Assembly: GCA_965178125.1 (NCBI GenBank)
Contig: OZ237760.1
Location: 186,001 to 250,000, forward strand
Length of the DNA stretch: 64,000 nucleotides
From: Bilabrum cf. latius
Taxonomy: Eukaryota
Direction of reading: 5' to 3'
Under the pieces are notes generated by a model. That model was not told the DNA's origin. It did not search any database and saw only the letters and a program-made list of their open reading frames with translations. Shown here one piece after another: positions 52,021-61,675 of this stretch (within the stretch, counting starts at the first letter, position 1; every line of letters begins with the position of its first letter). Both the position numbers and the translations under genes were made by a program.

Positions 52021-52775
52021 AGGACATCCGTTGGCGATTGGGCGCCGCTGGCAGATCGCAGCAGGTTTACGCTCGCCTCGGGCCCTGGGGCCGCCAGACC
52101 CTGATACATGTCCTTTTTGGTGGTTCCTGCTAGCTGTGACAAGCGCCATGGGGTAAAACCTAGCCGGTGTCCTGGAGTTGTAGCTGTCAGTGGCGAGCCA
52201 ATCATTGGGCAGAAAATAATCAGCCCGCGATTGGGCCACTTATCGTCAATTGTTGCAGCCCTTAGCGGCATGTATTGCGATTGATTCTTGATTACTTCAG
52301 GAACGCTCAGTGGCGCTACCAGTGCCTATGATACTGCACTCATAAACCCCTGAGATCTCCAAGCGTCTGCGATTGGCCAAACTGTATTCGGCGGGGTTAG
52401 CGAAGCTGTCATCACATCTTCTGTCAACAGCGGATCTGGAGGTCGAATTGCTCCAGAGTATGGGCATGAAAGCCGAATTAGCAGCTCAGGTGGAGACTTG
52501 GACGTGTTTACTGAGCGTTGGTTGCAAGCACTGTGTAGCAGCCCCCATAGGCTCCTTTGCGCAGAAAGTTGAAACAGCATGTTGCCCAGTCGCCCTGATA
52601 AATGAACATGGACAGGTCTGCCGCTATGTAAAACTCTACTTCGCACTGGGGCTCCATCCATCAATGCAGTCCATCCGATCGAGTACGGATGAATGAGTTC
52701 TAGTGCGTTGCCGCGACCAGCATTTGCTGCTTGCCTGGTTAGCAACACAAGCAAGAATACGTCAATCCATCTCAT
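50112..52775 (-). CDS. GT11-like glycosyltransferase, copy B; 4 in-frame TAGs
   Basis: MRWIDVFLLVLL..GRLGNMLFQLSAQRSLW, with the same downstream motifs as copy A. TAGs at 52326, 51294, 51237 and 50586; stop TAA. Confidence 0.75.
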
Positions 52776-53221
52776 CTATAATTGTACGCCTAGTGTGCTC
52801 ATCAGGCGATGAAGCGACGAGCACATCCGAGACCGGAAGTATCGGCAGAACCATATTCAGTGGGCGCAGATGGGCGCCCTGCATCCATCTATTTGGGCTG
52901 CTGCGACGAGGCATGCTGCCTACGAACCCTAAATATGAGGCGGCGAGCTCTCCTCGCCGTTGCCGCAGTCCTCGCGCAGTTCCTCCAGAGCCGGTCCATT
53001 GAAAAACCACAACCCCCGTGCCCATTGCAAGTTGCGGCCCAATGGCAGCTCATCGCACCAACAGGATGGGAGATCAACCAGTTATCTTAGCAGCGATCTG
53101 CACAATCTAGCGCGCACGCACACCATTGATAAGTGACCACAGACTCCCTGATTGCATGGCGCCAGCTCCAGCTGCCGTTGGAGCCAGGCCATGTGATATG
53201 AATGCGTGAGCGTGAGCGATT

Positions 53222-53752
53222 TCACTGCCTCCCTTTATCATCAGCATACGTTTCATCTTCGAATGAGCTCCCCCCTGCACCCTCGAGCCATTGCTTGGTT
53301 TCCTTCAGGTCCGAACGAGCACCTGCCACCTCCCTTCCGATCTGGTTCAGAACCTCACTGCCGGCACCAGATGCTTCAGCAGCTCCACCTGTTTCAGAGG
53401 TATACTTCAATGATGCTTCGTTGTCTGCTGCGGCGGCGTGCACCCCTTGTTGCGTCCACTACGAGTGCAGCCTCAATGCAGCCTCGAGTGATTTAGTCGC
53501 CATCTTGGCGTACCTCAGGCGATATTCGCTCTTCGCAACCCTCATTGATGGATCATGCTCCAAGTAAGCAGCTTCTGCCGAGTCCCCGACGCACCGTAAC
53601 TCTTCTCTTGCAAATACCAGGGCTTCAAGTACATCCTGTGGATTCGGGAGTGGCGTGCTTGATTTCAAACGAAGAGGACGCTTCTGAAAAGCTCTGTTTA
53701 TATCATGAAGCTTAAGACTAGTACGGACTACTCGATTGCCGAAACATCTCAT
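53222..53752 (-). CDS. Hypothetical 176-aa protein with a basic, possibly mitochondrial-targeting N-terminus; 1 in-frame TAG
   Basis: ORFs 53459-53752 and 53222-53443 join across TAG 53459; stop TGA. No family recognised. Confidence 0.5.
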
Positions 53753-53798
53753 TCTGCAGCTGTGTCTATGGTCGAAATGATATAATTATTGGTCGCAT

Positions 53799-53816
53799 GA
53801 GAGAGAGAGAGAGAGA
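53799..53816. repeat. (GA)n microsatellite in the divergent intergenic spacer
   Basis: gagagagagagagagaga. Confidence 0.9.
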
Positions 53817-53896
53817 AAATAGAGTTTTCGCACGCATGTGCCGCCGGCGTATTTCCGGATTCCGTTTTTTCTCACCTAGCCCGCACCTTTGCCGTC

Positions 53897-56800
53897 ATGG
53901 AGGATGAAGACTTCGAGCTGTAGTTACTTCATTACCAACGCGGCTATCCGCGCGCCTCGTTGCTGCTTTCGGCGTACGTTCTGTCGGTTTTGACCCACGC
54001 CGCGTACTCGGGGCCAGCTGCATACTTGCCGCTAGACACAGAAGACCACATGTCTTTCTTGGAAGTTGGGATTGTAATCGGAACACTGCCCGTTGTAATC
54101 ATGATATCTGAGATGTTTCGACTGTAGCCGCTGAGGGGCTACCCTCGTGCAGCCGTTGTATTCGGCGGATTCTTGGCAGCAGCATCCACGACCTCGTTTG
54201 CCGTCATTTCAGACCCAAACCTATACATGGGTGGATATTCAGTTCTCGTTGCGATAGGGCTCAGGGTTCTGCAGGGCATGGGGGCATCCATGTGTCTCAG
54301 CGGTATCACCGAAGCCCTCAGTATCTTCCTGCCAGCCGATCTGCGAGCCGCAGTGCCAATCATGGGAGGCTGCTCGGCGCTTGGGTTATTGCTAGGTCCT
54401 GTATGCTCCGGGTACTTATACCACGATTAGTTCAAGGCGTGGGCTGCCTGCGGCGTCCTGGGGGGCCTTTTCCTGCTCCCTGCCCTCGCCATCCTGCTGA
54501 TTCTGCCGGCCGAATCGTGCGGCTGCGCGGCCTGCTTCCGTCTGCTGGGCAGGGTCTGCTGCCTGGGTTGCAGCTGCGTCGGAAGGTGTAGAAAGGCTTG
54601 CGTGCGAGCCTGGGGGTACGAATACGATCGTCCCGAGGGCAGCAAAAGCACCACCGGGCATGCGGCGAGCGGTGCTCCGGAGATGAGGAGCGCCAGGGGA
54701 GCCGCCGGTAAAGCGGTCGGGCGGCCAGAGCGCGTGTACCGGCGATTGCGAGTCGACGGCGAGAAGCGACTCCCGTCTCGTGGTGATGCCATTTCATAGG
54801 GGAACAATGATTCAGGGAGCAGCGATCCAGGGCACCCCGACCGGATCAGCGCGCCTGCGCTGGCAAGACTAGACACTCCCACGAGACCGCGCAGTGCGAT
54901 GCACCCTGCGGAGGCAAAGCGGGATGACGAGCGAATGAGCCGCAGCGGGTCCTTCGCGTCTGTGGCTTCCATCACCAGCGACTTGTTCCTTGGAGGCATG
55001 GGAGGCGGGTCCAGCGACGTGGAGGACTTAGAGCGAGGGCATGCCGATCCGGATCTGGTGACGACGCCGGTTCTTTCGGGCGGAAACAACACACCGGGGG
55101 AGATGGGCTCCATCTAGACGATGGATAAAGTAAGCCACGGTAACCTCCTTGCACACGGTTTATCTAGTGTTTCTTCGGTCCAGTCCTCGGTGGCACCGCC
55201 ACGCTTGCCACTGCCACACAGCGGGAGAGCGATGGGAGACGGGCACGAGCGCTAGTCCTCTGCCAGCGACTCACAAGGGCAGGAACAGGACGGTGACAAC
55301 GAGGACCATGACGATGATGAGGATGATGACATTGAGGATGAAGATGAAGATGAGCTGGGGCGTGGGGGGCGGCGGGCAATGCGCGGGTGGGGCAGGGCCG
55401 TAGTGGGGGTGGGCACGTGGGCCAGGCCGCAGGACTCTTCGGGAGAAGAAGAGCACGACAGGAGGAGAAGGGCGAGATCCAGAGCTGGGTTCGGGACAGT
55501 GGCCACTGGGAGGGGTGCCAGAGGGACAGCAGGAAGAGGAAGAAGGGGAGGTGATGGTGGAGGACGGCAGGGCAGGGCGGGGTACTTGATGGGGTCGGGC
55601 CCCCAGCGCCAGTACGGCCTGTTGGGGGATGGTGGGGGCACGAGCGGAGGGAGTGAAGGGCTAGACGGCGGTGCTGCTGCGCATCGAACCTTCGAAGAAG
55701 GCATCTGCCCTGGGAGAGGTTTGGGATACAGCAGGATCGACAGCGGGAGGTCGACCGACAGCGACTTTGCGGGCTCGGGAGCAGCACACGGCATGCACGC
55801 GGGTCCGGAACGGGCAACGCTGACCCTCCCAGAGGAGCTTGAGGGAACAGTGGCTACTGCCTCTCTAGCATTTGTTCCCTCAGCGGGAGGGGGTGCTTCC
55901 CGGACCTTCGTGTCTGTCTTCGCGGTGGTGCGTCAGCCCGTGGCGGGAGCATTCTTGGCATCTTTGGTGGCTGCCTTCAGCAGCATTGGTTTCCTGCTGC
56001 CTAGCTTCGGGTACCACCTCGTGTCGTATGGGATCGACACGCCGCAGGCGGCAGGTCTGTGCATTGGGATGACCACGGTCATATTCGCGCTAGTGGCGCT
56101 GCTTGCAGCGGTCTACTTTGTCAAGCCGGAATTTGCGCTCCCTGCGACTGGCTGCGGGCTGGCAATCCTATCTGCGGGCCTGATACTGCTTGGCCCCGCC
56201 CTGCCTGCCATTGGGATCAATCTCGCCTCTCAGCTGTCTGCTCTCCTGTGCCTGGGAACTGGGGCGGCGCTCGCTGCTGTCCCAGCAGCCCCTGCCATGC
56301 TCGAATCGGCTGCACTGCGTCGTCTGGGCTCCGGGCGGTCGCAGGCGGTCGCGACCCTTTGTTCCCTGGGTGCGCTGCTGGGCGAGGCGGCTGGGCCCAT
56401 GGCTGCGGGCGTGCTGACCCAGGTGTTCGGCTTCAGGTTCGCCTGCCTCTGCGCCTCGATCGTGGTGTTCTGCCTGCTGACAGTGCTTCTGATCGCGGCG
56501 GCAGCGGCCTCGCAGGGCACCCAAGGAAGGGATACTGCCGGTAACAGGGGAGGTGCTGACCGGCTGTTGGATCTTGGACCTGAGGGAGCGGCCGCTGTGG
56601 GAGTGGGCATGGATGCGGTGTCTGGTGGGAGCGAAGCTGCGTTTGGGGTGCCCGGCGGTCTCGTTGCCGGCTCTGGACTAGATGAGGACATTCCTGCTGG
56701 TGGGATTCCTTTCGTAGCAGCGAGCGGGCAGGGGCAGGGACATGTGCGCCGAGGCGGCAGCCGGAGCGATATCCTGCCGGTAGGCAGGGCGCAATCGGAG

Positions 56801-56905
56801 TTTCTCCGGGGTGCTCGTGCAAATTCGCGGGGAGGAGTAGGTACTTCGGGGCGACTTGTGAGTGGATAGCAATCCAGCGGGGCAGGTGACGTGGCGGTGC
56901 TTTGA
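53897..56905 (+). CDS. Major facilitator superfamily transporter with a very long central loop; 7 in-frame TAGs
   Basis: Two hydrophobic bundles; motifs GLRVLQGMGAS, GLLLGPVCSGYL and LGEAAGPMAAGVL. TAGs at 53921, 54125, 54428, 54797, 55115, 55253 and 56867; TGA at 56903. Confidence 0.85.
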
Positions 56906-57217
56906 TCCACTGACTAATGCTGACCGGTCAGCGTCAGCTACTGGATTTGGTTGCGACGGGCGCTTGTAGACTTAGGCTTATTCTGGGTAGACTCATTAAC
57001 TTGCAGCACCCCCTTTACATCTGCACCAAGAAAAGAGGCGACTCGTTTTCATGCTCTGTGCAAACGCGCAGGGTCGTGCCGCAAACAAAAAAGAAGCATT
57101 CACCTGGTATCCAACTCTCTAGCCGGGCCGCGCGCCGCATCCCACCGAAGCCACGCTGTCGCAATGCTAGATACCCCATTTGAGGTGTGTCATTCCCTCA
57201 TTCAAATCTCCACTCAC

Positions 57218-60136
57218 TTAGGGTCCGTCTGCGTCGCTCCGGGGCGGGTACGCGGACTACTCAAAGGCCTTTGCGGACTCTGTCGTGTACACAATCCTCT
57301 CGCTCTCCTTCTTGAGCCCTTCGCTCACCCACTGCTCCTCCTTCTGGTTCATGTAGTCCCTAAGCTCCTTGTACTTGCCCCTGCCCGCGGGCGGAGGGAG
57401 TGCGGCGAGCAGGCCGGTCGCGCTGATGGCATCCCCGAGGCCCACCGTGCTCTTCGGGTGCTTGCACACGAGCACTGGTACGTAGGCGAAGGTCAGCACG
57501 GGCTCCTTCAGCTCGTTCAGTGGCACTGTGGGGAGGGATGCGTCGCGTCCCAGGGCGTCCACCTGCAGCTCGGGCTCTTCTTCCTGTACTCCCTGGGGAA
57601 TTCCCTCCCCCTCTTGCTGCTCCCGCGTGGCCTCCTCTTCCGCCACGATCACCTCGTGCTCCTCCACGGCCCTCCTGAGGCGGATCTTCTGCCTCGGTGA
57701 GAGCTTGACGGTTCCGCGGGCCATCCTGTAGGCGAGGCGTTGCGGGCGCATGGGCCACTCCCACTGCACACCGGGCACCTCTGGGGAAATGCTGAGGCTG
57801 TTCCAGTGCCTGCGGTTCGGGATGGCCATCCCGTCAGGTCCCGTGCGGTGGATCCCCTGGCTGCCAAGTCCCGCTCTTCCGTCGACCTTGGGCCCTTCGT
57901 CCTCGTCGTCCTGCAGCTCTGGCGCATCGTCCGAGCCCACCGTGCCTCGCTTGCCCGCCAGTCCGGACTGTAGCTCGAATTCTGCGTCTTCTGCTGCAAG
58001 CGCCAGTACCTCTGGTTCCGGGACGCCCACGAAGCTCATGTCGATGCCCCGGGGGACCCTGCGGAGAGCATGCCTCGCTAGGATGAAGAGGTCACCGTCG
58101 GGCAGGTCACTGATGGGCGTGCTGTCGTTCAGGGCACCGTCAGACACGAGCTGGCTCCGCAGAGAATCAAGCGCGTCCAGGCCCACCTTACCCAGCGAGC
58201 CCCTACGGGCCATCAGCAGCTCCTTCTGAACCTGCTTGCGGCCGTCCGTTGCGAACTGAAACCTCGCCGCGGGGTCGCCGGCATCCACCCGCATGGGTGC
58301 AAGCAGCTTAAGGTCGTCCTCGCCCAGCTCCTCCGCTTTGACTCCACCGCATGCCTTGGTCGTGGCGCGCAGCGAGCCTGAAAACAGGGCGTTCGTGGCG
58401 TCCCTCCATTCCACACGACCTTCGCGGCGTACCTCCATGTGGAACGCGAGCGTGTGCAGGTGGATCCGGTTGATCCGGAAGTTCCGCTGCGCGGAGATGA
58501 CGTGGCGCAGTGCCGCAGCGCAAGCCTCGGGACTTCCCGGCTGCGGCCGCACCAGCATGTCGCGCGAGGGGACTCCGATGAGCGGGTCGTATGCCCCCCC
58601 GGTGGCCTCGAATAGATCGGCGAGCTCCTGCTCGTTCATGCCCACCGAGTCCGCGGCGGGGAGCGCCTCATGCGCGAGAACCTTCATGAACTCATTGGTC
58701 CCCACGGAAGCCAGCTCGATGTGCTTGGCGGCCTCCTCAAAGACCTAGTAGAAGGGGTCCCTCACCTGGATGACGGCCTTGCGCTGCTCCTCAGGGGTAG
58801 ACAGCGCCTCGTACATGTGTAGTCCAGCCAGGATGGCAGCGTCAGCGTCGTACCCGACACCACCGGCATCGATGGCTCGGTCGGCGTACGTTGGGTCGGC
58901 CATGCGATCGTCCGAGTTGAGGATGAAACGGTTGGCCCTAGGCGGCGCCAACCCGGCGAACGTCTCCCCGGCGGAGTACTCTAGGATCAGGTGCACCGTG
59001 TCGGGTCCCATGGCATCCAAGGGGAAATCGTTGGCTTCTTGCAGGCCGGCCGGGATTTCCTTCCCATCCGCCTCGATCATTTCCCTCTGCTTCGCACGAA
59101 TGCCGTTTTCACCCTTCGCGAATGCCTCCACCATGTCTTCAAGCCCGCTCTCGGTTCCATTGGCAAGGAGGCCTTGGTAGGGGTCGCTGGACAGCAGCAG
59201 CCGACGGGTCTCTCTTCCCATGTAGCCCCCGGCGAGCACCCGCGCACCGAACTTGACCGCTTGAACCGCCATGAGCGCGGCGTTTCCTCCCAGCCGATCC
59301 TCAAGCACAGGCCGGTACCGCACCTGCTCGGATTCCTGTTGCCTACCAGCGGCGGAGGGAGGGGAGCCAGTGGAGTCGTGCGCGACCTCCGTGGTGTTCT
59401 TCGCGCCCACGAGTGGTTGGCGATGGGATGCGAGCACTGCAGGGACGTACAGGTCGTTGTACTCGGTTGAGTTGGTCACGGACCTCTCGCCCGCCGCGCC
59501 GCTTTGGAAGAAGAACAAAAAGGACTCGATCGCCTGCTTGACCGAGCCGATCTCAGGGTGGTCAAAACCTTGAGGTCGGGCACCAAACGCCTCGATTAGA
59601 TCTCTATCAGATGCCTAGGCAAGGCCCTTAGCGTCTCTTGCAAGCTCGACTCCGCCCGGTGTGAGAGTGTCTTCCTACAGCTCGCCTTGAGCAGCTGCTC
59701 GAACCGCCTGCTTCAGGAAACCTCGCATATATGGTACACCGCGTACTACCCTATCGATGCAAAAATTGTGTGAAACATACAAACGCTGCGAAGTCTCGGG
59801 GAGCCTGAAATGCTGGGCCTTCTGCTCTCGAAGCATGCCTGACAGAGGGCCCGGTGCTCCGTGTGGATACACATCTGGCGCATTCTACGCAGCTTCCCGG
59901 GCCAGCTTTTCGTTAAATGCCTGGGTAGGGAGTCCGTCTTCTCCAACTACTGGCAACGTATCTCCTGGTGTAGGCCCCGGCACGTCCAGCTCGCTAGGAC
60001 TTGTGTCGACCTTTCCAGCACCACCGATACCAGCCTCACTGCTCGCCTAGCCTTCGCCCGTCTCCTTGGCTGCATAGCATGTAATAGCAAGGATTGTCGC
60101 AACTAGTGCGACAAGTCGTGGTTGAGTGTCCCTCAT
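57218..60136 (-). CDS. ADPGK: ADP-dependent glucokinase (ADP-PFK/GK family) with N-terminal signal sequence; 6 in-frame TAGs
   Basis: Motifs GGNAALMA, HLILEY, PRANRFI, HIELAS, DSVGMNEQEL, RIHLHTLAFH and PVLVCKHPKSTVGLGDAISATGL. TAGs at 60047, 59885, 59675, 59615, 58745 and 57257; TAA at 57218. Confidence 0.9.
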
Positions 60137-60355
60137 CGAATAATGTGGTCACGTGGCAACACAAGTTCGCAACAAACTGATGGTATGGAGTCAGACGACG
60201 AACACAAGGCAGCCACGATGCACAAGTACAAGTATACGTATCTGCTCGTACAAGCAACACCAAATGCGGCGCCTCTAAAAGCTGTTGCCCTTGCCGACCC
60301 AATCCAGCAAATCTGATCTGGCAACCGCACGCTACCTCGATGCCACAGTGTGGCT

Positions 60356-61528
60356 CAATCCTATGCAATTTGGGGACACCAAATGTGTCCCCAAATCCCC
60401 AAACAAGCCTTTCCGAAAACAATTATTTGGGGTTTATTTGGGGACGGCCTGATTTGGCAGGAAACTATTATTTGGGGGTTATTTGGGGACGATCCAGGGA
60501 CGTCTCACTGGCCCTTCCGATCGGCAGGCCGAGGGGTAGCAGCGTGGTGGAGCTCCTTGCGATCCAATGCAGGACACTCGTGTGTGTGCCAGAACATCCG
60601 GGTACTGCTTCCTAAGCGCCTCATGGTACCGGCCATTGCCTACAGACAGCGTGGGTACACTTCCTAAAGACGACGAGTCCAGGGGGGACCCCCCAGCGCC
60701 CACCTTGGGGCGCCCTGGCACCGGCAGCCTATACTTGTGCCAACGCTCGCGTTCTTGCACGGGCAATGGTAGGCTCCCTAGGCCCTTGCTTGCCTTTCGA
60801 AGATGGCATGATACAATGGTAGATTAAAAATAGATCAGAGGGCCCCACCACTCTGTCTTGTCGCTGACGGCTGTACCGCTGCGTCCGACATCTGTGACTG
60901 CCGAATCTTCCGATGACGGCCTCTGGACTGGGAGAATGTATCCTCTCCTATTCTCCCAATCCAAGCCCTAGGCCTGAACCTCTCCGGGTCGCACCACCCC
61001 TTCCCACATTCCTGCCCTGTCTTTGCCCACCTGCCACCTTGCCCACCTCTCCCTCCATTTCCCACCCCCCTTTCTGACTCACCCCCATCATGCCACACGA
61101 CTTGTCGACTTGCCCAAGCACTGCGCCCAGCGCGCAACCTCAGCCTCAAAGGCGCGAACCCCTGACGCACAGACTCAGTGCGCGACAGCTGACCTACCAA
61201 CCTCGCCGGGTACCCAAGAAAAGAGCAGCTGGCCCAGGCTTTCCGATGTAGGATCGTCAGTGATTTCACGCATCTGAATCGCCTTCGCCCTAGGAAAAGG
61301 AAAGCAAGTATACGTGGCATAAGTTGCATAGTCTAGGACGACGCAAGCATACCCGGGTCCCGGAATCCAGCTCCGGAGTCCGGATTCCGGATCCAGTATA
61401 TAAGTACACATTACTACCAAATAAATACAGATTTAATACGTATATGAATGTAACGTGTATATATGTCACTGTCCCCAAAAGCTTATTTGGGGATTATTTG
61501 GGGACGGTCCCCAAATTGCATAGGCTTG
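60356..61528. mobile_element. Non-autonomous cut-and-paste DNA transposon (MITE-like; hAT or P superfamily by 8-bp TSD and CA..TG ends)
   Basis: 22-bp TIRs CAATCCTATGCAATTTGGGGAC (60356-60377) and GTCCCCAAATTGCATAGGCTTG (61507-61528) with one mismatch. GTGTGGCT is duplicated at 60348-60355 and 61529-61536. Subterminal TTATTTGGGG(AC) repeats at both ends; no transposase seen. Confidence 0.88.
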
Positions 61529-61675
61529 GTGTGGCTCTCGTGCCCAGGCCGCCAGTCTGGCGATCACAGCGACACCTCATTCCTGGGTGCTTGTCCAACG
61601 ATCGGACAGTCCCACAGACGGCCCAACACAATCAATATTCGACCAGAGTCTCATACAATTGCCACCGAACCTGGC

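Noticed and set aside
52935-53129. Short + strand ORF with a signal-peptide-like start (MRRRALLAVAAVL)
   Set aside because: Only about 64 codons even with TAG read-through, with no recognisable domain.
55130-55252. Possible intron starting GTAAGC in the MFS loop
   Set aside because: The frame stays open with TAG=Q, so an intron is not required; undecidable without RNA.
60371-60496. TTTGGGG repeats as an interstitial telomere
   Set aside because: They are not tandem and are better explained as transposon subterminal repeats mirrored at 61470-61515.
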